Assembly (NCBI GenBank): GCA_002811645.1
Contig: PDIP01000082.1
Span: forward strand, 73,305 to 137,304
DNA length: 64,000 nucleotides
Direction of reading: 5' to 3'
Source: Corallochytrium limacisporum Hawaii
Lineage: Eukaryota; Protista; Pluriformea
The notes below the pieces were generated by a model. That model saw only the letters and a list, made by a program, of their open reading frames with translations. It searched no databases and was not told where the DNA came from. Below are positions 35,053-46,677 of the stretch, piece after piece. Each line of letters opens with the position of its first letter. The first letter of the stretch is position 1. The position numbers were made by a program, and so were the translations under genes.

Positions 35053-37217
35053 GCTTTTGGTACCGTCATAGGACGCAAATTTGTCTACATACCACATTCT
35101 GGAGACATGCAAGTCCCTTCGGACGAATTGAGCTTAGGTCACAGATATGCCCAAGCACATAGAGCCGCCACTGATTGCCTTCCCCCCCCGGGTCACCTTT
35201 GCGTTGGTACCTTTAATTGCGTGGGACGGGATGAAAACGCTCATATATTCAGTCCTGGGTAGGTTGACCCCCTCGATGGTTCCACAGTTTTAGTCCCCTT
35301 GTTCCCTCCCCCTGCCCGACCCAACTGTTTTCCGCTTTGAATCAACGGACGGAAATATTGCGTGGGTGTGAGGAGGGGACCCTGGGGCCCTGTTTTGGGC
35401 CAGCAGACAACCAATGTTCCCCGGGAGCCCCACACACGCGCAGTGCCCAGTGAATGCAGAGTGCACTCATTGTGCGACGGTGGATGACACGCCAGAGTTT
35501 GCACAGGTATCGCCCGACAAGAAACTAGAAAACCGGGACAGAGGTTGCCAATTCCGCACAGCCGGTCTTTTGGCCGGACTCCCTCCATCTGTTGATGAGC
35601 ACGCACCGGTCTCGTGGCCAACTTGAGGCCCGTCTCATTCTTTGCCAGCACTTGTCTCTATAGAATCTGTTCCGTGGGGAAGGGTGGGACGAAGACTAGA
35701 TAACCCCTTACGGACACAGAGCGTGAATCCAAAAGGACAAAAAAAAAATTCCTCCCTTTTTTTTCCTTATGACCTAAGCGAAATTCGCGGACGCAATGGC
35801 GCTGTTTTCCGGTGGTACCTCACCCGAATTTGATGACCATGGAACTCACTGAATATACAGCTCTCCTTTAATCCCCTAACCCTCCTGCTTCCAGGGTGGG
35901 GATGGCTCGGAACAAAAGAACGATGGAAGTTTGGGAAGGGGGGGGTTGGGGGAAGGGGAAGTTTTCTTTTTGGTGGGTCGGTGTGGTACGGCCTAGTGGG
36001 CTGCTATGAATTTGCTCTTCGAATAACAACGGTCCGGACGAGGAATGGGATAAGGGGGAGGAGAGTGTGGACGCGGGATCGTCGGCAACACCGGGAAAGT
36101 TGAGGAAGCCCGTGTATAAGAGAGAGAGAGAGAGAGGATGGCTGTTGGATCGAGGGAGGTGCCTTGCCTGGTGATGGAAGAGGGGGATACGAGGCCAAGA
36201 CCCACCCACCCCCCATTGCGGGAAATACTTTCTCAAACAAATTGTATTATATTTGGTCAAAAAGTTTTTTCGGATTGCATAATGCTGGATGGTACGCAAT
36301 TCCGGTTTTGGTGTATACCACGTACGTTGTTTCGGACTGGCAGCGGCCGTCATCTATCTCACCGCTGCTCTGAAAATGTCTCAAAACCACACCGACTTCG
36401 TTGATAAGCAAAGACTGATAGATGGTACCCCTTCTGAAATCACTTTGTTGCATGGTCCACGCAAGTGGCGTCGAACTAGCCGTCAAGTGAATGTGCCACA
36501 AATGGAGCGACTTTAGAAAAAGGAATCCCGTTGTGCCATGGATTCTCACGTCACATTCGTACAATTTGAGCAATCCCATCTATCATCTCTAGAATGGAAG
36601 GCCTGAGATATTCAAGGTCCGGGTATGATGTGGATGAAACCATAACGTGGTTGTCCTTCACATGAGCTGCGGGACGCGGCACCGTACCCAACGTCGACTT
36701 GCTCGCTCTCTACCGAGTTTGTGTTCATAAACTGCAAGGCACGAACAGAATGATTTCAACCCTACCACATCCCTCCCCCCCCTCTCTGTGTGAATTGATA
36801 CGTACAGCCACATAGAGAAAAGGTACCAGTTGTACAGAATTAGTAGTCACCAACGTACCGTCGCCCACTAGGGGGACCAAGAGCGTATTCTAAAAAAGAA
36901 TCCGTGAATCAACAGGGGGCTCTGGGGCAGTCCGAACGCCGTACTGCTTGCCCTCCTCGTTTGTGCGAAGAGGCATTAGCAAAAGCTACATTAACTGCCT
37001 CACCGTGTTTACCCCGTGTGTACAGTTCTCCCTTGATCGGTACGGGTTAAGGAGCGGCGACGAAAATTGGGACAGTGCATTCGAAAGGCTTGGTAACAAA
37101 ATCAGTGGTCGAGTCATTGTAGCAAGTCTTTGATATGAGAACCTTTTGGTGGAGGTTGAAGGGGAGGACGGGCTAATATCAAGGATGTGACATTGGTCAA
37201 ACGCCGACTTTGAAAAG

Positions 37218-38117
37218 ATGTTGAAACGATACCACATCGTCGTATTGTTCATGTTCATAGTAGTTGTGACTGTGAACGTAATATTTCCGGGCTCGAACTT
37301 CCAGACAATTGACTTTGGAGTGAATACCCAGACCGCCGATCATGGCTTGGTCTATTTTGATATTCTGAGCCCAAAGGTCAACTTTGACGCAAGGCTCCTC
37401 GTGCAGTCGCTCCAAAGGCCTGATAAAGAACATTGGGGCAACGTAGAAGACAACGAGATCGTTTACCGACATCGGAACAACGTGAAGTGTTGCCAACCTC
37501 CACTCGGAGACCCCACCAGAAATGACATCACCATTCATGAGCCCCATCCCGATAAGTATTGGGCATTGGAGGTCCTCGAACGGGACGAAAATAGTGCACT
37601 AGTTTACATTTACTATGTCCACCACGGTGACGACTTTATGAATTGCATTGTTCTCACCCACCCAGAAAAGGATAGACAGACGGGTCTGGAAGAGCGAACT
37701 CTAATCGTTGCAGACAATCCGAATGGCAAGGCGTGGGGTCTACCAGGGTGCGGGTATCCTGAAGGAGAATATACTTTCCGCCTTAAAAGGGCACAGTCCC
37801 TACCCAATGGTACCCACACATTCTACATTCGTACCATTGACGGCAAGTCTGGCATTGTGATAAAGGACCGGCTTATGTACGAAATCGCCGCTGGAGACGC
37901 AAGTGAGCAAGAGTTTCGAGTCGTCGAGGTCCTGCCCCATTCACCAGTTTATCCACAGACGAGGGTCTTCAATTGGAAAGATAGGGAACTGCAAACTGAT
38001 AACTGCTACTTGCACTACTGGCCGAAGCGGGTCTGGAACAACTTGCTCCTTGGAGACAAAGTCATTGAATGTGACATAGAACACGAAGGAGATGGACGCA
38101 TTATTGGCGTAGAGTAA
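37218..38117 (+). CDS. Unknown signal-anchor/secreted protein (paralogue of 34055..34951)
   Basis: N-terminal KR plus hydrophobic segment; shares CCQ, DKYW, YYVHH, CGxP, FRxVEV, SPxYP and CYxxYWP with its partner. Confidence 0.88.
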   Translation: MLKRYHIVVLFMFIVVVTVNVIFPGSNFQTIDFGVNTQTADHGLVYFDILSPKVNFDARLLVQSLQRPDKEHWGNVEDNEIVYRHRNNVKCCQPPLGDPTRNDITIHEPHPDKYWALEVLERDENSALVYIYYVHHGDDFMNCIVLTHPEKDRQTGLEERTLIVADNPNGKAWGLPGCGYPEGEYTFRLKRAQSLPNGTHTFYIRTIDGKSGIVIKDRLMYEIAAGDASEQEFRVVEVLPHSPVYPQTRVFNWKDRELQTDNCYLHYWPKRVWNNLLLGDKVIECDIEHEGDGRIIGVE

Positions 38118-38359
38118 GAGGAAGGAGGACGCGATATTGATGAAGCCGCACCAGGTAACGAACGTCGTGACAATCGTCAACAGGGGAACCGTGTCGTTTG
38201 ATTGACCACCCATTATCCCCAAGTCATCACATGATCAACAACATCCATAGTGGTCATGACATTCATTGTCATTGTCCTTTTCATATTCGAAGTTTACCAT
38301 AGATACATTCATGCATGCCCAATATACATTTCGAACGTATGTTTCTTTAGTCAGGTTAA

Positions 38360-39460
38360 CTAGCTGGCATTAATTCCCAGGGCCATACTGCGCTGCTCTA
38401 CCGAGGCCGGAAGGACAACATTTTGCATCAGCCGCATCACAGAAGTGGGAGCGTACTGGATAAGGAAGAGCTGGAGGTAGTGAGTGGGGTACCCCATGGA
38501 TTGTTGAAGACCAATCTTGTTTAGGGTGTCCTGGACGTACGGTTCGGTGGCTGTTGTGAACCCGTAAGGATCTGCTTCTGTCTTGGTCATGTTGGAAGAC
38601 ACAAAGCTTGGGGTGATGGCTACCACATCAATACCGTGCTGGCGGCATTCCTCACCGTGGACCATGCTGAAGTGCAGATTAAAGGCCTTGGTGGCGGAAT
38701 AGATGGCCAGCCTAGGGGCATTAATCTTTGTGGTATACGAAGAGAGGTTGATGATCGCGGCCTTGTCGGCATTCTTCAAGGCGGGCATCAAGATGCGGGT
38801 TAGTTTGGCAGGATAGATACAGTTGACGACAATCTGGTCCTCAATCTCCTGGAGGTCGGTCTCCTCCAACAGATCGGGGTGGTCAGGCGCGGTACCGACA
38901 TTGTTAATCAGCAGAGCTAGCTTACCGTTGCATGCGGTTTGTACCTTTTCCAGAACACGGTTAACCTCAGTCTCAGACTTATGTGCAGCATTGCTGATGG
39001 CGTAGTCAACGGTAACGTCTTCGACGACGGCAGTGATCTCTTTCTGAACACGCTGCAGCTTTGTTTCAGTGCGACCCACAAGTAAAATGTTAAAACCACG
39101 AGCGGCTAATTCCTTGGCATACGCCTCACCGATACCGGACGTGGAACCAGTCACTACAGCCCAGGCCGTACCTCGGCCTTCAGGCTGGAATTTCCCCAGA
39201 TCAACCTTGCGGAGGTAAACCTCATACACCCAGGCGATTAAAGAGTACATCAAGTAGATGAAAGTGAGGGCACCCAAAATAGCGAACGGGGGAAAGAACA
39301 CACTCAGGCCTAGCACAGGAAGTGCCACAGGCAGGGCCAGAATTCCCAGAGTGGTCTTCTGCGCAAAATCCAAGAGCATCTCATAGAATTCCCAAGACTT
39401 GACAGTCTGTTTGAACACGGCCGGAGCCATGTCCATGGCATTAACCTTTCCAGACGACAT
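38360..39460 (-). CDS. Very-long-chain 3-oxoacyl-CoA reductase / HSD17B12-like SDR
   Basis: N-terminal TM region; WAVVTGSTSGIGEAYAKELAARGFN; LINNVG; YSATKAF; VSSNMTK. First ATG is 39460. Confidence 0.9.
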   Translation of the reverse strand: MSSGKVNAMDMAPAVFKQTVKSWEFYEMLLDFAQKTTLGILALPVALPVLGLSVFFPPFAILGALTFIYLMYSLIAWVYEVYLRKVDLGKFQPEGRGTAWAVVTGSTSGIGEAYAKELAARGFNILLVGRTETKLQRVQKEITAVVEDVTVDYAISNAAHKSETEVNRVLEKVQTACNGKLALLINNVGTAPDHPDLLEETDLQEIEDQIVVNCIYPAKLTRILMPALKNADKAAIINLSSYTTKINAPRLAIYSATKAFNLHFSMVHGEECRQHGIDVVAITPSFVSSNMTKTEADPYGFTTATEPYVQDTLNKIGLQQSMGYPTHYLQLFLIQYAPTSVMRLMQNVVLPASVEQRSMALGINAS

Positions 39461-40636
39461 GCTCGCTCCCAACGTAACTAACCTACAGGGTAAGAACAAG
39501 GAACTAGATTTCGTAGTCCTTTAGACTGTGTGATCCCGCCTGGGCCATGTACCTTCTAGAGATCAGCACAATTTTCGACTCAAATTGGCTTCCTCGTCAA
39601 TGCTGGCTTCTGTCGTCTTCTGGCTTTTGTGTATCTCTGATTACAATTTAGTTCAAACCCGTACGCGTGATATCGTAGTCTCACAGCACTTGACACAATC
39701 GGGCAGCACATCTCTTTCTCTCCCCCCCTCTCCCCCGGGGTTCCCCTTCCCCCTCCAAATTCAGTACGAGGGTTGCCTTATAGTAAGAGAAGGCGACACG
39801 AAGTCAAACTTCCCAGCTCATTGGACACTCACTGTCCGGCACAGAGAATTCGTGCTCGCCATTGTGCGACAGCGTCGTGGCCCGCAAGAATTCATGCCGC
39901 TCTATTTTTCTCACAGAAAGGGAACGAAAGGAGAGATCTGCTGGGGATGGTTCGGGACTTGGGAAAGGGGGGAGGGGGAAACCGTGCAGAGGGTACCGTT
40001 CACCACTCATGGAAAAATGCTGGAGAAACTGCGTGCGTGTAATTAGTTCCCAAGCACACCTTTGCCCGAGCGCGTCCTGTGCTCCTGCGATGAGCTCCTG
40101 CTCCGCGCAGTGTGACACGCTCAGTCTGGAGTGAGTGAAAAGGACTGGGAACTCGCCCTTGCCTCTTGGAATTTTCACATTTCACGCCTGTCACGTCTCT
40201 CCCGCTCTCTAAATTGAGGGACTCGAGAGAAGGGGAAGAGAGAGGGACGGCGGTGTGCCCACCTGGGCACGCAATTGCCAAGTCCCGCGGCACGGAGGGA
40301 CGGGACCCCTGAAACTCGGCCAACAACCCGTCTGTTGCCCTGAAGTCCTTATCCTTTTTCCTTGCCCCCCCCCCCAAGGGGGGGTTTAGGGGAGGGGCCA
40401 TCAGGCGACTGGTCATCCGACGCTGTGCTGGTGCTCCAAACGGTATGCTTAGAGATAAATGGTGCCCATTATACATGCACCTCGCCTTAGACCATCAAGA
40501 CAGAAGCAGTGCGCAAGGTCTTTTGCATGATGAACTGAATCCGGCAGAGACACCAAATCATCGAGTTTTTAGCAATTGATTCGTTACCAAGTTTTGAAGC
40601 CCAAGGTAAATTAGTGAAAGTACTACTGTTCTATTC

Positions 40637-42367
40637 TTACCTGCGACGGTTTCGCGGGGGTACAACTGCGCTTGAGACCATTGGTACGGGACTTTGATCG
40701 AAGGGTTCTGCGCGGCCTTCGTGGGCTGGTGGAGTCGAAGGACGAGACGGGGGATGACGGAGGCTGTGGTGGGACTCTGAGTACACTTGTTCAGCGCCCA
40801 CGTCTTCTAAAGAGCGACTGTCACGACGGCGTCGTTTACGGTCTCCGTAAGAGGTGGGTGATAGTGATGCATCGCGATGGTTTCCATCCCGATCACTGTC
40901 CCGAGTTCGGCGCTGTCGAGCCTTTCTCGACAATGACTTTTCATATTCGTCCCGATGGCGATGTTCACGATCTTTACGGTCACGGTAACGGTCCCGATCC
41001 GAGCCCCTTCGCTCATGATCCCGGACACGGTCGCGCGAACGATCGCGCGAGCCGTCTCGGTCACGCGAGTAGCGACGTCCACCTCTGCGTCTGCGATCTC
41101 GGTCTTTGTCATCATTGCGTGCGTTCTCCCAGTCAAGGTCTCTGTCAGCTTTATATTCCCTTTTCTCTCGGTAGCGATCTCGGTCACGCTCGTAATCCCT
41201 TTCGTCGACCATACGCTCTCTCCGCCGCTGTTCCCTGTTATCATGGCGATGCCTAAAGCCACGGCTGTCCATACGATCATTGTATGGGTCTACTTCCGAG
41301 AACCGTTCTGGGCTGTTGCGTTCAGAGTGATTCTGGTCGTTTTCACGCCTGCTGTCTCGATCATTTCGGGAACGGCGATACCTGTCATCCTGGTCGCCAC
41401 TGCGGTAATCGCTGTAGCCACCTCTGTCGTGATCTCGATGACGATCCCTATTTCGATCAAAGTCACGACTACTATGGCGGTAAGTATTGCCCCTCTGGTC
41501 TCTATCTGGTGTCCACGATCGACCACGGCCGTCGCGAGGATCAGTTTGCCGCTCAGCAAGAAAGTTCTTGTCTGCTAAGAGATCCTCACCTGCAATTAGC
41601 GCTCGATCCGGATCATCTTTATCCGCCTGGTTCATTGATAAGACGCCACTGAGTTCATGCTGCTTATTCATTTGCCAATGAAAGAGCCAGCTGTCTCCAG
41701 TCTTAAGCGGTTTCTTGATGAAGTGTTTGCACGGTCCCTTTTTCAGGCGACGTCCACGAAGATTCTCATCGTAATTCATTGCCCGTACAGCAGCTTCCTC
41801 AGATGTAAATTCAATGAAACCAAAGCGTGGATCCGTTCCAGGTTCTCCGTTTACTCTCGCAAAATTAACATCACCAATGGCGCTAAAGTGATCCCACATT
41901 TCCAAAGGAGTAATATCGCTGGGCAGGTTCCCAACATAGATCATTTTCTTTGCCTCTATGCGTCTCTCTGGATCTGATTCGGCAGTTCCTGACTCCCTCT
42001 TACCATTCAAAAATACATCCTTGCTCATTCCCGCGCTCGCTGCTACGGCAGCAGGTAAAGCCACCTTCGCATGCTTAACCTTGTCCAGTTCGGGCCACTT
42101 CTTCAGACGACCTACAATGAGGGAACGGTCAAATAAAACGGTGCCAGTAAGATGTAAGCAAATATCTCCGTCATTCGCACGCTTGAATTCAATATATGCC
42201 GTTTTCGGCGACAACTCACCTTGGCTGGGGAACGTAGGAATAATGTCCATGCGCTCAACCTCCCCGATATATTCCAAGAGTTCGCGAACATGGTGTTCCT
42301 TTACAATTGGTGCGATGTTTGTGAATTGCACAAGCTTGGCTGGTAGAACTGTTCTACTTGAAGCCAT
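40637..42367 (-). CDS. SRSF11/SREK1-like SR splicing factor (2 RRMs plus RD/RS tail)
   Basis: RRM1 VQFTNIAP...HLTGTVLFDRSLIV resembles SRSF11/SREK1; RRM2 IYVGNLP...FGFIEF; long RD/RS region. First ATG is 42367. Confidence 0.85.
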   Translation of the reverse strand: MASSRTVLPAKLVQFTNIAPIVKEHHVRELLEYIGEVERMDIIPTFPSQGELSPKTAYIEFKRANDGDICLHLTGTVLFDRSLIVGRLKKWPELDKVKHAKVALPAAVAASAGMSKDVFLNGKRESGTAESDPERRIEAKKMIYVGNLPSDITPLEMWDHFSAIGDVNFARVNGEPGTDPRFGFIEFTSEEAAVRAMNYDENLRGRRLKKGPCKHFIKKPLKTGDSWLFHWQMNKQHELSGVLSMNQADKDDPDRALIAGEDLLADKNFLAERQTDPRDGRGRSWTPDRDQRGNTYRHSSRDFDRNRDRHRDHDRGGYSDYRSGDQDDRYRRSRNDRDSRRENDQNHSERNSPERFSEVDPYNDRMDSRGFRHRHDNREQRRRERMVDERDYERDRDRYREKREYKADRDLDWENARNDDKDRDRRRRGGRRYSRDRDGSRDRSRDRVRDHERRGSDRDRYRDRKDREHRHRDEYEKSLSRKARQRRTRDSDRDGNHRDASLSPTSYGDRKRRRRDSRSLEDVGAEQVYSESHHSLRHPPSRPSTPPAHEGRAEPFDQSPVPMVSSAVVPPRNRRR

Positions 42368-43128
42368 AGTGTGTGCGTCTGTTTCTAAATTCAAAGATCG
42401 TTAGTATCCACTACCTACCTCATCGCGTAACATGTATTCTCCTGAACGATGCCATTGAAAAGAAATGAAATAAATGGTAGGACCAATGCTCAAAGTCAAA
42501 TTCTTACATGTTAGTAATGAATGGATGACAGTACATATTCACTATTCCTGACCTCAGATGCCTAACTTTCCTTCACATTACTCATTCATAATTCCTATTT
42601 CCGTGGCACTGATACCGACAGAATAGAAAACTGCAACCCGGGTACAAACGGCTTCGATTGTTTCTCTTCGAATTCGCAAACTTTGGCGGCGGTTAAATCA
42701 ATTTGTACCACAATCTTAGCCGCGAACAAACCAAACCAAAACCGTACAAGTAGGCATCAAGTTGGTGACGTGTTGCAAAGACTGCCTTCATCTGGTTGAA
42801 AGCCAAGGGTTCAGGCACCAACGGAAGACAGCGCGGATCCATGCTCGGGGGGCATTCCCTGTAGACGTACTCGACTTTTTGCGGGTCTCTCTCCTTTGCC
42901 TATAACGCGCGCGCCCTCCCCCCTAGCAATTTCTCTCTTCCCGCGTGTCCGGGTCCCCGGGCCGGGCAGGGCTGACGGACAGAGGGTCGGGCAGACATGC
43001 ATTTGCGACGCTGGTGACCTGTCGCAGGGTGAGTACCATTGAGTATTTCAACACCCAAGATTCAGTGTGGAACGGTGGATTGCTTAACTTTGTATCGCAA
43101 TGGGACAGCACAGAGAGAAGCGGCGGCG

Positions 43129-45511
43129 ATGGGGTAAGTGAGTGAAGATCGCCTCCTTGGCAAACTTGGAGCAAACCTTTTCCAGAATGAAGGGTCCAGC
43201 ACGGCGAGCCGTGTCGCAAACAATGAAATTGCGGCCGTCAGCCAGGCCGAAACGACTCACTGGTAGGACACCTAAGTCGAGAGGCAAGGTCTCGCCTCTG
43301 GAGACTTCAAGAGAAATCCACAAGACGCTGCACCAGCAGCAGAGGTACGATGTACCGGACTGGATGCGGATAGCATCTATTAACGTAGATAGTCCGCCCA
43401 AATTTATTTTCTTCCAATTACCACCGGAAAAAGACCCCGAGTACAATAGGCTGTCGCGGATAGTTGGCAGCGTCCCGGATTCACTCAATTTCATTGACAC
43501 ACTGCCGCAGAATTCGTTCGAGCGGGGCACACGGGCTGTGGATATTGACAGAAATGCTCCATTGCTCCACAAGGTTCAAGACGCTACCCTGTTTCAGATG
43601 GGTGCATTGGACTATCGTCTCATGATCAACCATGTGGAGAACTGCCACCTGTGGGCGCGCGCCGAGGCACAACTGTGGACAAGGCTCGCGGACAACCTGC
43701 CAGTGGACAAGAAGCAGCGTGGTTACCGGCAGAAAGTCCGGGATGAAAAGCGAGCTATGGATGCTACTATGGAACAGCAAGTCGACGACCACGTCCAGTA
43801 CGTCAACGAATTACGGGAGCACCTGGCGTCGGTAACTGGATGGGGAATGGGCGGACAATATCCGCATCCCACGGAACCAGCACTCAGAAGGGACTCCCAC
43901 TTCAAAGACTGTGCGGAGGTTGATATGGCACGGGAACCATTTGTGCAAATGATCAAGCAGCAGATCTCTAAGACCCTTGTGTCTCATGCCAGTGATGGAG
44001 ACTTAGGTGCATATGCTCAGTACTTGGGACATGATCTGAACTATTACAAGCCTCAGGTGGCTCGTGCGTTGGCCAGTGTTGCGTCTCTTTTCGGAGTTGG
44101 TAGTAGCAAGCAGGCTGGTGACTTTGACGTGTCCACATGGACTCCAGAAATGAGAGAGGCCGTACGCAACGAGATCGCAGATGATCTTGCCCCTCAAGTG
44201 GTAAACTCAATGACATGGTATACATATTTTCATCAGAATGTGGAGCCTTTGAAGGCACCGTTGGTCATGGAGGCACCTAAAGGATACTTTGACGAAGCAC
44301 CTTTCTGTGGTGCCCATGTCATTGACTACGGTATGCTTCCCTATCTGCGGGCACGCGATCGCCACCTAACGGGTGTGAGAGGGATTCCTCAACATTTTGT
44401 GTACTTTACGTATTTCTTCACACCCATGAAGGGCAATGCGATCATGTACACGCTGACAGATGCACCTAAGTACGAAGAAGAGTTGTCAAAACCTGGGACA
44501 GAGCAGTCCGAGTTTGCTCTGAGGTTGGAACGAATGTCAATCTACGACAATTTTGTGACCGTTTGGCCCCAGGATGAGAAACCGGGGCGTGAATTGATTG
44601 ACCCCTTTGACAATTCAGTGACTGATGGGCCAAGGACACTCGAACGTCATCAAGCAGCGGAACGGGCATACTTTGAGAGGATGCGTAGGCTCTGTCAGGA
44701 ACAGTCGCTGCAAAGTGTTGCCCTTCGGAAGGATATTGCGCGACTTTCAGATCTCGACATCGATGACTACAACCACGAGGCCATAGGCCGAGTCTTCACT
44801 AGTTTCGACACAGCATACGGTAACGAGTGGCAGGACATGTTTGGTCTTGAAGAAGCGAGTCGACACTACCACACAAATGTTCTCACTTTGGCGGTGCCGT
44901 ACTTCATGCCGTTCCGTGAGGTATTGCCGCAGTGGCTGTTTCGAATGAGGCGCTGCTTCTGGATCGGAAGGTGCTTGGCTGAAATGTCTGCGGTGACTCG
45001 CCATCCGCAAGCCTGGCATGGCCAGCACGAGGCACAACGTATTGCGTTGTACCATGCTGCATACACCGAGGAGAGCCCCGGTGATGCCCTGGAAGACCAT
45101 CTCTATCACCAAAGCTTCCTACACCAAGCGGTGAACAATAGTCAGGTTGAGTTTTCGCAAGCTGTGCATCAGCTTGCGCAGACCAAACACCCCATGTATC
45201 ATACTCCAGAAGTCACCGATGCTTTTCTCAAGGCAGCAGAAGCACTGGATACCACACGAAAATCATCCTTGGGCTTCATGGGTCGCCCTGGCCGCTACCA
45301 AACATCAGAAGCCTATTTTGACCACTTCTTCCAAGACAAAGAAGTCGAGTTCGACGCGAGTGCAACCCAACAGCACCTTCGTGACGACATTCTCGGTCCT
45401 TTGATGTTCAACATGGCTACAAATCAGTGGAAGGAGCACTCTGATAGCATGGTACAGAAGGCGGCGGGAGAAGATGAGCGTGAAGCCGGAAATGAAGGCC
45501 CGAAAACATGA
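43129..45511 (+). CDS. Hypothetical protein of about 775 aa, possible mitochondrial presequence; putative intron 43134..43185
   Basis: Long ORF. ATG GG|GTAAGT...TTTTCCAG|A ATG joins in frame (MGMKGPARR); without splicing the start is ATG 43187. Basic, acid-free N-terminus. Confidence 0.8.
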
Positions 45512-45781
45512 GCGAGAAGCCCCCCTTCCCGGAGGGGGGGGGGAAAGGGAGAGGGGAAAGGTTAAGGGTGCCGGTATACACGGTGAGACTTCCCGTTTGC
45601 CAGTCTCACCCATCTCTGCCCAAGTTAGCACACACGCTTCGGAGCTGTCCTCCACAGGGTACATGAAGGGTCTTTGTTCAGTGTGGTGACTTCATTCCAC
45701 AAGGAGTGAAAACATTTGAAGTAATAATTTGTGTAATATAAGCAACAAAGTTCATAGGATAATAGTAAGAGGGTCAGGAAG

Positions 45782-46479
45782 ATGGCTACAGCTGGCGAAG
45801 ACCGTGGGATCTGTGCCCTTAGCGAGATCCAGAACTTTGAACAGGGATCCAATGCTGCTGAGCGCGCAAAACTACGACATGCTGCCAAGAAGAAGATACT
45901 TTCTGAGGAGGGGAAAGAGAATAACCGAACAACTCTCTCAAAAAGGAAACCTGTGGTCTCGAGGACGGCAGTCTGCAAGGAATCTGGGACTCAAACTGAG
46001 CTGATCGGGGAAGACCTAGACTTTAAAATAGAGTGGATGAAATTCCTTAGAACCAAACAACGTCCGAATCTATGGTGTCGTTTGTGTGGTACTGCTGAGA
46101 CCAGCAATTGGCGTACGGGCCCTTGGGGCGGTCAGACGCTGTGCAAGTAAGTGCCAGATAAAGTCTACGGCAAGCAACTAAACATGAGAGAACAAATGGA
46201 TATTGACCAAACTTCCGAAACAGTGGTTGTGGTAGTGCATACCTAGGCTATGGTAGAGCAGTAAGCATGGATTTGTCCATGTTCAAGGGCGAAAAGAATC
46301 GTACAGTTCCCGTAGCGATCGACGACCCAGACCTGTTCTGTAGGTTGAGGAACCCAAAGAAGCTCATGTCCGGGCGCAAACGCTCTGGGACGGCCAACAG
46401 GAAGGAGATGGAAGAGACAGCCTCCATCCTACTGGGGCTAAGCACTGCCGGCCGCACTCAAGAGCTGCAGAAGATATGA
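45782..46479 (+). CDS. GATA-type zinc-finger transcription factor; exons 45782..46146 and 46224..46479
   Basis: GTAAGT donor at 46147 and CAG acceptor at 46223. Splicing restores CRLC-GTAETSNWRTGPWGGQTL-CNGC and joins two track ORFs in frame. Confidence 0.88.
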
Positions 46480-46677
46480 CCTGACTATTGAAGTTCCCAG
46501 AAAATTCTACTCTACAATTCATGAAGCAGGCACTGGCTTTGGGCCTTTCAAGTGCTATTTCCAAACTGTGACTCTAATATGTATGAACTATGCGGTAACG
46601 TAAATGCAAACGATGACGACGAATAGAAGTGCCAAAAGGGAGTATGTGGGCGTCGTCTTTTCTTTAACAACGGATAG

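Noticed and set aside
35876-35883. CTAACCCT as a telomerase template
   Set aside because: An 8-mer expected by chance, with no supporting structure
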